Origin: Candidatus Anderseniibacteriota bacterium
GTDB taxonomy: Bacteria > Patescibacteriota > Andersenbacteria > UBA10190
DNA length: 64,000 nucleotides
NCBI GenBank assembly: GCA_040900375.1
Contig: JBBDZC010000015.1
Location: forward strand, 8,366 to 72,365
Direction: 5' to 3'
Shown: positions 47,621 to 58,240 of the stretch, in pieces
How the letters are laid out: every line of letters begins with the position of its first letter
Numbering within the stretch: position 1 is the stretch's first letter
Program-made: the position numbers and the translations under genes
Notes under the pieces: model-generated
The model's database searches: none
Seen by the model: the letters and a program-made list of their open reading frames with translations, nothing else
What the model was told of the DNA's origin: nothing

Positions 47621-47902
47621 CTACTGTAACTGTGGTAGAGAAGTCGCTGCGGGAGATCCAGTTGGAGAAGAAAGGGGAGTAAGAAGCGGCGTGGGCGTAA
47701 CGAGAGGGCTGGTCACCAAGGGTGATGGCGAAAACTGAAATAGGGGTGAAGTCGTACTCCGCAAGGGACTCGGTGACGGCGAAGGTACAATGACAGGTGT
47801 CAGCGTTCGCTGCATGGCCACATATGTTAGGGCCCCGCCAATAATAGCCCCGAGAATTAAGCTAATAACTACCAATAACGCCGTGTTTCCTACTGTCGCC
47901 AT
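47621..47902 (-). CDS. small P/S/T-rich membrane-anchored protein, hypothetical
   Basis: N-terminal TM then PSPSP-type low-complexity tail. Confidence 0.3.
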   Translation of the reverse strand: MATVGNTALLVVISLILGAIIGGALTYVAMQRTLTPVIVPSPSPSPLRSTTSPLFQFSPSPLVTSPLVTPTPLLTPLSSPTGSPAATSLPQLQ

Positions 47903-48115
47903 AGCAGGAATAATCTTTAAGGGTATATCAAGAACCTACCTTAGTCTGCCAAGACTAGTATTGTTCGTAAAGGCTTCTTCCCGCGCAGTCGAGAAAAGTA
48001 AAAAAATGCCTGTCACGCCCCGTGCCCGCATTTATAATTGACGAACTATCGTTCCTGCCCTAGGATAGACAAGTTCTTTTAACACAACTGTAGAAACTGC
48101 TCAGGACAAAATGGC

Positions 48116-48637
48116 ATGAAAAAGCACCTTATCTGCTTTCCTGAATGGCGCCAAGAAAAGAAAACTATCTTTGCTCTATCTGATGAGCATTACCAGCTAG
48201 TGAGCAACAATTTCCTGCCCCTCAACAGCCTCCTTATATTGCTCGCATTCAAAGAGTCACCCTCGACTGTCACCGCTGACCACTTCCCGGAAAACATTGC
48301 ATCACCTGGTCCTTATCGCTTCCTGCGCTTTAACCACCCGATCTCGAACCGTAAGGTCAAGAAATTTCTGCTCGAACACCTTTTGTATGAACCAGCTACG
48401 CTGTATGAAACACTGAACTTTTTTAAAGGCCTCCCCCATCCCCGACCGCTCGCCTATGACGTGATTGCGCTGGGCTCCCGATGGCACGACCACAAGAATA
48501 AAACCGTTCGCGTTCCCTTTATCGACCACAGGTGGCGGCTGCGCCTGACATTTGACGAAGGCAATTATACAGACCAAGACGTCTTCCTTGTTCGCCCGCA
48601 CTGGGTCCCGGAAACTACAGAAGAAGCTCCGGTCTAA
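48116..48637 (+). CDS. hypothetical protein
   Basis: 173-aa ORF; no motif recognised. Confidence 0.35.
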   Translation: MKKHLICFPEWRQEKKTIFALSDEHYQLVSNNFLPLNSLLILLAFKESPSTVTADHFPENIASPGPYRFLRFNHPISNRKVKKFLLEHLLYEPATLYETLNFFKGLPHPRPLAYDVIALGSRWHDHKNKTVRVPFIDHRWRLRLTFDEGNYTDQDVFLVRPHWVPETTEEAPV

Positions 48638-48677
48638 CTTCGGCAAAACCCTGCCGAAGTTTTTTATTCTTACAAAG

Positions 48678-49637
48678 TTACGATAGGCCCAAGAGCCCCG
48701 TCTGATAGGCGACAAAGATGATATAGAGTACCACCAGACCCACGCCCTCGCGGCGCGTCAGCGTCCGCTGCGACAACATCAAGTACCCAAATACGGCTAG
48801 AATCGCGCTCAAGAACACTACTGTCACTCCCACTGCCCCGCGATCAGTAATGGTAAATGGTCGCAGCAGCGCGAGTATTCCTAAAATGGGCGTATTAAAA
48901 ACAACGTTGCCTAAGAGAATACCGAGCGCAATATGTTTATCCCGTGCATGTCGCGCAGAAACTTGGTTAGCGACAAACGTCACTTCAGGCAAATTGGTAC
49001 CGAGTGAGATCATCAGCAAGCCCACGACGAGCAGGGGCATCCCCAACGCGACGGCGGCCGTTAAGGAAACCCGGACCAGAAAATATGAGGTCACGAGCAA
49101 CACGACCACAGCACTGATAAAACGAAATGTATCAATGCCGAGCGTGGTGAACTCACCTCTGCTCTGCCGTGTCAGCCGCTGGTAGTATCGCCGCCGGAGA
49201 TAAAAATGCAGCAGAAATAACCCATAGCCTGTTAATAAGATAACGCCATCAATCCGCGAAACCTGACCATCAATAATCAAGGGAATAGGTAACCCTGTTA
49301 TTCCTAAGGTAAGCCAGAAATCACCAGGACGCAGCACGCGCCGAATACTGATCTTACCCGCCAAAATTGCCATGACGCCCATCATGAGTGTTAGGACAAC
49401 AATATTAGCTCCTAAAAGATTGCCGAGGGAGAGTTCCGGTACCGCCTCCGCGGCCGAGAAGAGCGCCACCGCTAATTCGGGAATCGAGGTGGCGATGCCT
49501 AAGAAAAAGAACGAAGCAATAAACTCGTTGACGCGTACCTGGGCATTGAGACGACGGAGACTGCGAGTCGTTAGATCCGTAAAATGCCCCAAGAGATACG
49601 ATAACCCTGCGATAAAAAAAATGTATTCGATAATCAT
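48678..49637 (-). CDS. CaCA-family sodium/calcium exchanger membrane protein (YrbG-like)
   Basis: two alpha-repeat regions (GIATSIPELAVAL… and GTNLPEVTFV…). Confidence 0.75.
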   Translation of the reverse strand: MIIEYIFFIAGLSYLLGHFTDLTTRSLRRLNAQVRVNEFIASFFFLGIATSIPELAVALFSAAEAVPELSLGNLLGANIVVLTLMMGVMAILAGKISIRRVLRPGDFWLTLGITGLPIPLIIDGQVSRIDGVILLTGYGLFLLHFYLRRRYYQRLTRQSRGEFTTLGIDTFRFISAVVVLLVTSYFLVRVSLTAAVALGMPLLVVGLLMISLGTNLPEVTFVANQVSARHARDKHIALGILLGNVVFNTPILGILALLRPFTITDRGAVGVTVVFLSAILAVFGYLMLSQRTLTRREGVGLVVLYIIFVAYQTGLLGLS

Positions 49638-49694
49638 GACTCAAGCAATCAAGAGAAGATCTAATCAGTATACACAAACCCCGAGCTTACTGGC

Positions 49695-51506
49695 CTACAC
49701 TTTCTTTATCGTGCGTTTGCGCTCGTGCTTTTTGAGAGCCGCTTTCCGCAAACGTAAGTGCTGCGGCGTGATCTCAAGTAGTTCGTCGTCACTTAAATAC
49801 TCAATTGATTCTTCTAGGCTCAACGCGCGGGGAGTGTGAAAATTTTCAGCTACTCCCTCGCCAGCCGAGCGAATGTTCGTCAACTTTTTTTCCTTGCATA
49901 CATTCACGTCTAAATCATCCGCCCGCGCATGCTGCCCAATGATCATTCCTTCGTAGACCTGTTCACCAGGACCAATAAAGAGCTTGCCTCGTCCTTGTGC
50001 TTGCAGAAGTCCATAGAGCGTACTCGTGCCGCCTTCGTGGGCAATCAGCGAGCCATGGTGAGCAAGCTGGAGATCGGCGAGGGCGGGCAGGTAGCCATGG
50101 AAGAGCGTACTCATAATTCCTTCCCCTCGCGTATCCGTTAAAAATTCCGAGCGGTAACCAATTAGTCCGCGTGTCGAAACAAGAAAATGCACGATCGCGA
50201 CTCCCTTCTCGACTTTCATGTCTTTCATCACCCCTTTACGCTGGCCCATCTTTTCAATAACCACGCCCGCTCGTATGCCCGGACATTCAATATAAACATC
50301 TTCAAATGGTTCCAGGGTTTGCCCATCCGCCTCTTTATAGATCACCTGCGGTTTACCTACCTGAAACTCATAGCCTTCCCGCAACATTTTCTCAATGAGA
50401 ATGGCCAAGTGGAGCTCGCCGCGACCCAAGACAGTAAAGAGAGAATCAGAGCCGTTGACTGCCTCTACTTTTAACGCCACGTCACTCAATGTCTCGCGCT
50501 CTAAACGAGTTTTTAGGTGCCGGGCGGTGGAAAATTCGCCCTCGGTACCGGCAAAAGGCGACGTATTGACCGCAAAGTTCATTTTGACTGTTGGCTCATC
50601 AATCGTAATCGTCGGCAACTGTCGAGGGTGATCATAATCAGCAATCGTCTCGCCAATTTTTATCCCCTCAATGCCAGCCACGGCCACGGTATCACCCGCC
50701 GTAATTTCCGGCACTTCTACCCGGCTTAAGCCGTCAAATGTCATCACGGCCGTCAATCGGGCTGGCACCTGTGTACCATCGGCTTTAATCCGCATCACGG
50801 GTTGGTTTTTGCAGAGTGAACCGCTGACGAGTGAGCCAATCGCAATTTGGCCTTTATAGGCATCATACACAACATTGACCACGAGCATCTGTGTCGGCGT
50901 GTCGAGAATTTTCGGGGCCGGGATATGTTTAACAATTGCGTCGAAGACCGGGAAAATATTTTCCATGCTGGCCAAATCCGCTTGCGCCCCTGCCTTGCCT
51001 GCAATCGCCGAGGCATAGAGTACAGGAAAATTAGCTTGTTCATCGGTCGCGCCTAAATCAACAAAAAGGTTAAAAGTCTGATCAAGTACCCACTGCACGC
51101 GCGCCTGAGGTATATCAATCTTATTAATCACCACCACGACCGGGTGCCCCGCTGCCAGCGCCTTTTTCAAAACGAATTTAGTTTGCGGCATGGGTCCATC
51201 TTTGGCGTCTACTAGTAAGAGTACGCCATTAACCATGCTCATGATCCGTTCCACCTCGCCGCCAAAATCAGCGTGGCCCGGTGTATCAATGATATTAATT
51301 TTATGTCCTCGGTAACGGACAGCTGCATTCTTCGAAAAAATTGTAATGCCGCGCTCGCGCTCGAGTTCATTGGAATCCATGATTAAATGCGCGCGATCTT
51401 CCTTGGTCGTAAAGGACTCCGATTGACGCAGCAAGGCATCAACCAGGGTTGTTTTGCCATGATCAACATGGGCAATAATCGCCACATTCCGAATTGCTGG
51501 TTCCAT
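49695..51506 (-). CDS. typA: translational GTPase TypA/BipA
   Basis: AIIAHVDHGKTTLVD G1 motif plus full-length EF-G-like domain order; 603 aa. Confidence 0.9.
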   Translation of the reverse strand: MEPAIRNVAIIAHVDHGKTTLVDALLRQSESFTTKEDRAHLIMDSNELERERGITIFSKNAAVRYRGHKINIIDTPGHADFGGEVERIMSMVNGVLLLVDAKDGPMPQTKFVLKKALAAGHPVVVVINKIDIPQARVQWVLDQTFNLFVDLGATDEQANFPVLYASAIAGKAGAQADLASMENIFPVFDAIVKHIPAPKILDTPTQMLVVNVVYDAYKGQIAIGSLVSGSLCKNQPVMRIKADGTQVPARLTAVMTFDGLSRVEVPEITAGDTVAVAGIEGIKIGETIADYDHPRQLPTITIDEPTVKMNFAVNTSPFAGTEGEFSTARHLKTRLERETLSDVALKVEAVNGSDSLFTVLGRGELHLAILIEKMLREGYEFQVGKPQVIYKEADGQTLEPFEDVYIECPGIRAGVVIEKMGQRKGVMKDMKVEKGVAIVHFLVSTRGLIGYRSEFLTDTRGEGIMSTLFHGYLPALADLQLAHHGSLIAHEGGTSTLYGLLQAQGRGKLFIGPGEQVYEGMIIGQHARADDLDVNVCKEKKLTNIRSAGEGVAENFHTPRALSLEESIEYLSDDELLEITPQHLRLRKAALKKHERKRTIKKV

Positions 51507-51517
51507 ACCTGCCCGCT

Positions 51518-52819
51518 TTAGATATGGACACGGGCTGTCCGGTGTCGGCGCTGACTGCGGCGTTGGGCTCGCGGCTGGTCCTTTGTCTGCCGGACCCGAT
51601 CAGTATAGTGGAACGTCGTGCGCCGGTGTGCCGCCGAGAGCTGTTGCTCATGGGTACGATAAGCTGACGAAGTAGGCGGGCGATCAGCCAGCAACTTAGG
51701 TAGCGGTGAAACACGCAATGGCTCGCGCACCAATCGCTCAATGAGCCGTATTTTCCCCCGCTGATCAGGGGTAATAAAAGAAATGGCTTGCCCGGCCCGG
51801 CCGGCCCGGCCGGTACGGCCAACACGATGCACATAATCATCCAGGTTGTCAGGCAAATCATAATTGATCACTAATTCTATGTTCGTTACGTCAATGCCGC
51901 GCGCCGCAATATCGGTCGCTACCAATACCCGGTAAGCACCCGACTTAAAGCCAGCTAGCGAGCGCTTCCGCTGCGAGAGTGATAAGTTAGAGTGGATTTC
52001 CGCCGTCGTATGGTTCATACTCCGGACCGCCCGGCATATTTTCTTTGCCCCATATTTTGTCCGGGAAAACACGAGGACTGTGCCCGTGTAGGTATCCAGC
52101 AACGTATCCAGTAAACGATTCTTGTGTTCTTTGGTAACAATAAATATTTCCTGGTTGACTCGCTCGGCCACCGTGCCAGCAAGCGCCACTTCTACTTTCA
52201 CCGGCAGCTTCATATAGGCCGCCGTGATCTTGGCAATGGCCGGTGGCATGGTGGCCGAGAATAACATGGTCTGCCGCTCGCGGGGAACATTCTGGAGAAT
52301 GCGCTTAATTTGCGGCGTAAAACCCATGTCGAGCATGCGGTCCGCTTCATCGAGTATGAGCATCCCCACATCGCTTAGATTTAAACTGCCGTGGTCTAAG
52401 TGATCAATAATGCGGCCGGGCGTGCCGATCACAACATGGGGGCTGTGGCGTATCTCTCCCAATTGCTTATGCATGGAAGCCCCACCAATTAAAAGTGTTT
52501 GACGCAAACCAAAAGAATGGCCGACACTTTGGAATAATTCAGCAACCTGCATCGCCAACTCGCGCGTTGGCAAGATTATCAGCCCGCGCTTTTTGGTGCG
52601 CGCTATCTGTTGTAAAAGCGGTAAGGCAAAAGCTAGGGTCTTACCCGTTCCTGTTTGGGCAATCCCAATCACATCCTTACCAGCAACCGCCAAGGGAATA
52701 GCTTGCTGTTGGATGGGCGTGGGCACGGTAAATTTCAGCCGCGCGAGCACTGCCAAAAGCTTAGGTGACAAACCTAAACCAGAAAAATTCAAACCAGCCG
52801 AAGAATTATTATGCGACAT
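51518..52819 (-). CDS. DEAD-box ATP-dependent RNA helicase
   Basis: Q motif, AQTGTGKT, PTRELA, DEAD, SAT, HRVGRTGR motifs. Confidence 0.9.
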   Translation of the reverse strand: MSHNNSSAGLNFSGLGLSPKLLAVLARLKFTVPTPIQQQAIPLAVAGKDVIGIAQTGTGKTLAFALPLLQQIARTKKRGLIILPTRELAMQVAELFQSVGHSFGLRQTLLIGGASMHKQLGEIRHSPHVVIGTPGRIIDHLDHGSLNLSDVGMLILDEADRMLDMGFTPQIKRILQNVPRERQTMLFSATMPPAIAKITAAYMKLPVKVEVALAGTVAERVNQEIFIVTKEHKNRLLDTLLDTYTGTVLVFSRTKYGAKKICRAVRSMNHTTAEIHSNLSLSQRKRSLAGFKSGAYRVLVATDIAARGIDVTNIELVINYDLPDNLDDYVHRVGRTGRAGRAGQAISFITPDQRGKIRLIERLVREPLRVSPLPKLLADRPPTSSAYRTHEQQLSAAHRRTTFHYTDRVRQTKDQPRAQRRSQRRHRTARVHI

Positions 52820-53088
52820 ATACGAGGTGACCCGGGTCCTTTAGGGGTCACTTGTACATGCCGTTAAGGTCGAGTCCGTTAGACCACGTCTTTAAGTAAC
52901 GTGGTTGATTAATTTAATGGATTTCATGATAAAGCAAATGAAATATTTTGTCAAATGGAGAAAACAGCATCAAAAAGATCACGCCCGTTCATATCGGTCT
53001 CTCCGTTCTACAAAAGCGTGCGCAGCCTACCAGCGTCACAATTTTTTGGCTAAGAGAATATTACAAAAGAAAGAGTATACTAGAAGTC

Positions 53089-54021
53089 ATGAGTAAGAAA
53101 AAAAAGTTTTGGGGCATCACTGTAATTGTGGTGTGCCTGACTGGATTTTTGGGTCTGGGCATGTCGCTGTTATGGCGCTACCAGTTAGTCGAACTACCCG
53201 CACTCGCCGTCCGCACGATTGGTCGAGTGCAAAGTTCTATGACCACCGGCACCACTGCTGTCTACAAATTACCCATTACTCCTCATCGGCAAGAACATGC
53301 TCTAAGTTGTGAAGTTGCCACACTCAAAATGGCGTTGAGTAACTATGGCCTAGACATCCCCGAGTCCGAACTCTTGCGGTACCTTCCCTTTGATCCTACC
53401 CCGCGTAGTGCCGGGGTTTGGGGTAATCCGCATGAGGGTTTTGTCGGCAACATTGATGGCCAGATGCTCCGTGACGGCTATGGTGTTTACTGGGAGCCCA
53501 TTGCTCGCCTCGGCTCGCGCTGGAAAAGAACCGAAGTGGCTCGACAGCTCACGGCCGCAGCAGTCGCTCAGCACATTGCCGAGGGCCGCCCCGTGATTGT
53601 CTGGGGATACTTTGGCCGCGGTAATCTCGCTTCCTGGTTGACGCCACAGGGCAAGCGCATTGCAGCTGTCAATGGCGAACATACCCGCCTCGTAGTTGGT
53701 TTTAGTGGCTCCCCTGCTGCCCCTCAAGGATTTTTTCTCCTCGATCCCATCTTTGGACCACTCCATTGGTCAAGCACCAAGCTTCTGACAAATATGGACA
53801 TCTTTGGCCGTACCGGCGTGGTGGTCTACCCCCATCCTCGTTGGGTACGCATGCCCAATGATCCCCAAGTGTGGGAGATTTCTGCCAATGGCAAAATGCG
53901 CCAAAGAATCAACGGTAGCTGGGAAAAGTTCGTGGAATACGGCGGGTATAAAGAGGCAGTAGTACCTATCACGAAGCAAGAACTCCAGCGCTTTACTCTT
54001 GGCGCTGATCTCGTGCTCTAG
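53089..54021 (+). CDS. C39-like cysteine peptidase domain protein, membrane-anchored (paralog 1)
   Basis: start at MSKKKKFWGI with TM; catalytic-type Cys (ALSCEVATLKMAL) and His (GEHTRLVVGF). Confidence 0.5.
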   Translation: MSKKKKFWGITVIVVCLTGFLGLGMSLLWRYQLVELPALAVRTIGRVQSSMTTGTTAVYKLPITPHRQEHALSCEVATLKMALSNYGLDIPESELLRYLPFDPTPRSAGVWGNPHEGFVGNIDGQMLRDGYGVYWEPIARLGSRWKRTEVARQLTAAAVAQHIAEGRPVIVWGYFGRGNLASWLTPQGKRIAAVNGEHTRLVVGFSGSPAAPQGFFLLDPIFGPLHWSSTKLLTNMDIFGRTGVVVYPHPRWVRMPNDPQVWEISANGKMRQRINGSWEKFVEYGGYKEAVVPITKQELQRFTLGADLVL

Positions 54022-54062
54022 CCTGTCTAGCATTTTATTACTTCTTATACTATAGAGAAGGT

Positions 54063-54863
54063 ATGAAAAAAAGCGCCTGGCGCCTGGTGATCTTACTGAT
54101 CGTCCTCTCTGGAGCAGCAGGGACGGCCGCTTTGTATTACGGGATAGGACGATCAACCCTTCTTCGCCCGACGACTTTGCCTTCACCCCTCGCATACCAA
54201 CAAACTCCGTCTCCCCACGTCAGCCCCCTCTTTTCTCCTGCTCAAGTAAACTCTCGCCCCGCTATCTCCCCCTTGTCACAGCCACTAGTTACCTTGCCAG
54301 CAGAAGTAAACCTAGCAATCCCCTTTACCGCCCAAGCTCCTCATCGTAACTGGGAACTGCCCTACCAAGAATTTTGCGAGGAAGCCTCTGTGCTTATGGC
54401 TATGAGCTACGTTCAAAACCAAGCTATCCCCAACGCCGACTTTGCCAACCAACGCCTGCTCGAAATCCAAGCCTTTGAGGAAAAACGCTTCGGCTATTAC
54501 GAAGATACTACGGTCGAGGAAACCGCTATCATTTTGCGAGAATACTACAAAAATGATCGCGTAGACGTTGCCTACGAGCCAACCATCCAGGACATTAAAG
54601 AGGCTCTCGGTACTGGCAAAGTCGTTATCGTGCCAGCCGCCGGGCGCTCGCTGCCCAACCCTTATTATCGCCAGCCCGGACCGCTCTATCACATGCTCGT
54701 CATTAAAGGTTATACGCAGGATGGCAAATTCATCACCAATGATCCCGGCACCCGCAACGGCGCAGACTTTATCTACGAGCAAGCAGTCTTACTCAACGCT
54801 GTCCATGACTGGAACAACGGGCAAGTTGAACAAGGACGAAAAGCAATGATTATTGTCGGCTAG
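54063..54863 (+). CDS. C39-like cysteine peptidase domain protein, membrane-anchored (paralog 2)
   Basis: TM N-terminus; EFCEEASVLMAM (Cys) and YHMLVIKGY (His) in the same spacing as paralog 1. Confidence 0.55.
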   Translation: MKKSAWRLVILLIVLSGAAGTAALYYGIGRSTLLRPTTLPSPLAYQQTPSPHVSPLFSPAQVNSRPAISPLSQPLVTLPAEVNLAIPFTAQAPHRNWELPYQEFCEEASVLMAMSYVQNQAIPNADFANQRLLEIQAFEEKRFGYYEDTTVEETAIILREYYKNDRVDVAYEPTIQDIKEALGTGKVVIVPAAGRSLPNPYYRQPGPLYHMLVIKGYTQDGKFITNDPGTRNGADFIYEQAVLLNAVHDWNNGQVEQGRKAMIIVG

Positions 54864-56232
54864 GTCTCACCCCATCTATCCATTGGTGCACCCGGCCAGG
54901 CAACAACACTGTCAGCAGGCCTACTTTCAAGACGCTGCCAAAAAAGAAAGCCAGGGGCAGCGCGAGTAAATCAAGCTGCTCCAAAAGTAACCAAGCCGCC
55001 AGCAGAGAGAGCGCAAAACTAGCAACACTACAGAGCACCGGCACCCACGTATTCTTGGTGGCGTAGAAAGCGCGTGCAAGTAGGTGACTCAAAGCTTCCG
55101 TCGGTATGGCCAAGCAAAACATGCCCAGGATTACTGCCGTGCGAGCAACATCGCTCTCGGTAAAGGCCCGTCCTCCGAGAAGGAATGCCACCAGCGGCTG
55201 CCGCACCAGGAAAATAAAAACCGCACTCGCTAAGCTCGCAAACAAAATAAGGATGGCCGATCTCGTTAGTGCCGCCACAAAGCCAGAGCGAGAACGCCGC
55301 GTCGCCGCCTGCGCCAAGATGGGAAAGCTCGTCGTCGCGACCACAATGCCAATTAAACTCACCGGCACGCTTTGAAAGTTACGGGCAAAGTTAAGCACAG
55401 CAATCGAGCCGGGTGTCAGTGTCGAGGCAATCGCCGTGAAGGCCCAAAAAGTGGCCAGCTCAATGGGGTGACCAAACATCTTCGGCAGCATGAGTTTCAA
55501 AGTCGTCGTAAATTCGGGGGTACGCACCGCCAAGTTAGGCACAAAACGCCAGCCCGTCAGTGTCGCATCTACCAGTCGAATCAGTAAGTGTAAGACTGCG
55601 CCCGCAATAGTACCGGCGGCTACCCCCATAATCCCGTAGGTAGGAGCAAATAACAGAATCCCACCGATGATACCCAAGTTATAGGTAATTGGCGCTAACC
55701 CGTAGAAGAAAAAACGGCGCTCGGCGACAAGCATCGCTCCCAACGCGTTGGAAGCGGAAAAAAGGATAGGTGAGAGAGAAAAAATGCGCAGGAGGCGCGC
55801 TACCAACTGCTGATCGGGAGCCGTAAAGCCAGGCGTCACCAACCGGCTCGCCGGCTCCGCGAAGAGTAATAACAATAGTGCGGCTACAGACATCGAAATT
55901 GTCGCGGTGGTGATCACCGTATTGGCGTAGCGCCGCGCCTGCGGCACACTCTGATGCTTAAGGTCTATAAACAATGGCACGAAGGCTGCGGCAATGCCGC
56001 TGGCCACTAAAAAATTGAAGAGAAAATCTGGCAGTAAGAACGCTGCATTGTATGCATCCAGGGCACGGGAAGCGCCAAATGTTTGTGCTAAAAGCCGGTC
56101 CCGGAACAGGCCGACAACATATGAGCCAAACGTGGTAAGCGCAAGAACAAGGCTGCCGGCGGGAATTGCCTGGCGCAGGACTTTCATGCTCTTAACCATA
56201 ATATACCACCACCGAAAATGATAACTCACCAA
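54850..56232 (-). CDS. murJ: lipid II flippase MurJ (MviN family)
   Basis: 12-14 TM MOP-superfamily protein with MurJ N-terminal pattern (GLFRDRLLAQTFGAS…DAYNAAF). Confidence 0.75.
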   Translation of the reverse strand: MVSYHFRWWYIMVKSMKVLRQAIPAGSLVLALTTFGSYVVGLFRDRLLAQTFGASRALDAYNAAFLLPDFLFNFLVASGIAAAFVPLFIDLKHQSVPQARRYANTVITTATISMSVAALLLLLFAEPASRLVTPGFTAPDQQLVARLLRIFSLSPILFSASNALGAMLVAERRFFFYGLAPITYNLGIIGGILLFAPTYGIMGVAAGTIAGAVLHLLIRLVDATLTGWRFVPNLAVRTPEFTTTLKLMLPKMFGHPIELATFWAFTAIASTLTPGSIAVLNFARNFQSVPVSLIGIVVATTSFPILAQAATRRSRSGFVAALTRSAILILFASLASAVFIFLVRQPLVAFLLGGRAFTESDVARTAVILGMFCLAIPTEALSHLLARAFYATKNTWVPVLCSVASFALSLLAAWLLLEQLDLLALPLAFFFGSVLKVGLLTVLLPGRVHQWIDGVRPSRQ

Positions 56233-56257
56233 GTCCCGCTCACTACAACAGTTTTAT

Positions 56258-56773
56258 CTATATCGGCTTGTCTATTTCTTTGCGCAAGGCGTCGAGATCA
56301 AGGACTGTTGTCGTCATCGCGAGCGTCCCATCTTCGTTGCGAGGCCACTCACTGCGGGGTCGGTCAACATATATCTCAATCCCATTGTGGTCGGGATCTT
56401 GCAAGTAAACGGCTTCGGAAACGCCGTGGTCAGAAGCCCCCAAGAGGGGATAGTGGGCCGCTTGCAATCGCTGCACGACGAGTGCCAAATCTTTTCGCGT
56501 CGACAGCAAAATTGCAAAGTGATAGAGGCCGGTGTGGCCCGGAGGTGGGGGTGAGGCATCTTTGCTCTCCCACGTATTCAAACCAATATGGTGGTGGTAT
56601 CCGCCAGCGGACAGGAAAACTGCCTGATCGCCGTATCGCGCTGTGACCACAAACCCCAGCACATCACGGTAGAAGCGCAGCGAGCGCTCCAAGTCCGCTA
56701 CACGCAAGTGGACATGGCCGATTATTGTCTCCGGCGGAAGAAGAGCTAGCATCGTATTCATTACTTCCAGCAT
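56258..56773 (-). CDS. VOC-family (glyoxalase/extradiol-dioxygenase-like) protein
   Basis: HVHLRV…GFV and H…E metal-binding pattern of the VOC fold. Confidence 0.7.
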   Translation of the reverse strand: MLEVMNTMLALLPPETIIGHVHLRVADLERSLRFYRDVLGFVVTARYGDQAVFLSAGGYHHHIGLNTWESKDASPPPPGHTGLYHFAILLSTRKDLALVVQRLQAAHYPLLGASDHGVSEAVYLQDPDHNGIEIYVDRPRSEWPRNEDGTLAMTTTVLDLDALRKEIDKPI

Positions 56774-56946
56774 GACATAAACCCGCTATAGGGAAAATGG
56801 AATCGCACGAGCAGCCGATAAGGAAACGCCTGTGCATCCCAGCTTTCTTTCTTTGACAAAATATGGTCTGCATGCTAATTAATATAAAGTTCGCTTGCTC
56901 ATTCGCACAGTCGCCCCTTCCTCTCCTCAAGTTTCAGGAGCTAGTC

Positions 56947-57309
56947 ATGACGACCGCACCGGATCAATTACTCGATGTTAGTGAAGACCAAGGAGTCACG
57001 GTCGTGAGACTGTGCCCAGCCACAATCTTAGAGGCGTCACTGGCTCAAGAACTTGGGCTACAGCTCTACCGCTTTGTCGAAGATCTAGGTGTCCGCAAGT
57101 TAGTCGTGGATCTTGCGGCAGTAGCATATATCTCGGCTGACTTCCTCGGCAAACTGATCGTGCTCGATCAGAAGATGCGGCGAGCAGACGGCAAGCTTGT
57201 CCTGGTGAGCCTACACCCGGCGATCTACGAGTGTTTGACCATAACCTGCCTCACTAAGCTCTTTGTTATCTGCGACACGCCACAAGAAGGGATAACGCTC
57301 CTGACGTAA
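56947..57309 (+). CDS. STAS-domain anti-sigma-factor antagonist-like protein
   Basis: SpoIIAA-like pattern (LVVDLAAVAYISADFLGKLIVL); AGGAG RBS 8 nt upstream of ATG 56947. Confidence 0.6.
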   Translation: MTTAPDQLLDVSEDQGVTVVRLCPATILEASLAQELGLQLYRFVEDLGVRKLVVDLAAVAYISADFLGKLIVLDQKMRRADGKLVLVSLHPAIYECLTITCLTKLFVICDTPQEGITLLT

Positions 57310-57387
57310 AGTAAGCCCCGCGCCCGTAGCATCGTGCTGCGGGCTTTTTCTTTACCCGTTCCCACGCGTAGCAGTATACTAACGTGC

Positions 57388-57621
57388 ATGACCCGTCTGC
57401 GAAAGTTACGCTTGATAGAATTTTTGATTGTCGGCATTGCCATGGGAGTACTCGAAGATATTATTGCTATTGTCATCGCGACTGATGCCCCTCTCGATCT
57501 GAATATATTTTGGGTCGTACTCGCCGTTGCTATCCCCTTTGCGATCATCAGTGAAGTGATTGTTGATCACCCGAGATTTTGGGAGTGGATACTACCCCCA
57601 CGCAATAACCGTCCCAAGTAA
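57388..57621 (+). CDS. small membrane protein, hypothetical
   Basis: two TM helices; follows the STAS gene. Confidence 0.3.
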   Translation: MTRLRKLRLIEFLIVGIAMGVLEDIIAIVIATDAPLDLNIFWVVLAVAIPFAIISEVIVDHPRFWEWILPPRNNRPK

Positions 57622-57703
57622 AAGAGTTGTAAAACCCCGGTTGGCACGCATGCCTCTCGGGGTGGGTAAAATCGCTCTACGTCCTTAAAGAATGAGCCTG
57701 CCG

Positions 57704-58087
57704 TCACGTCAAGTACTGATCCCACGAGAACGGTTTAGCCGTGCCGCGCGCGATTATTTTCTCCAGTTGCTCTTCCGTCAGCAGGCGAAAGGGCCGCAGG
57801 TCCAGCTGGCCTTCCCGAATGCGCATCTCAAACGCACATCCATCTTCGGCACGAAACAGGGCCCACATGCTTACCACTCTCACCCGCTGCGTTGGCACCA
57901 AATATTTCTCCACCCGCTTGAGTAGTCTCTGCTCACCACAGACCACCCTCTGTTTAGTTTCAGTAATAACAACCGGAAAACTGCCCACGAGGCGGTGGTC
58001 CGGCTCAAGATAGAAAACTTGCGTTAACTGATAGCCCGCTAGATCTTGACCAATCAATTCAGCCGGTTTTGGGACCAAGGCTGTCAT
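57704..58087 (-). CDS. hypothetical protein
   Basis: 127-aa ORF; no motif recognised. Confidence 0.35.
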   Translation of the reverse strand: MTALVPKPAELIGQDLAGYQLTQVFYLEPDHRLVGSFPVVITETKQRVVCGEQRLLKRVEKYLVPTQRVRVVSMWALFRAEDGCAFEMRIREGQLDLRPFRLLTEEQLEKIIARGTAKPFSWDQYLT

Positions 58088-58240
58088 GACAGACACTCCT
58101 TAACATTGGGAAGAGAACTACTCGTACGGTAGTACGTCGCCTGGTGAATGTCTATCAATACGCCGTACGAAAGCCGCAAAAAAAACCAAGCAATTATAAA
58201 ACCCGAGATTGCTCTCGGGTAAGAACTATGCTGTCGGGAG

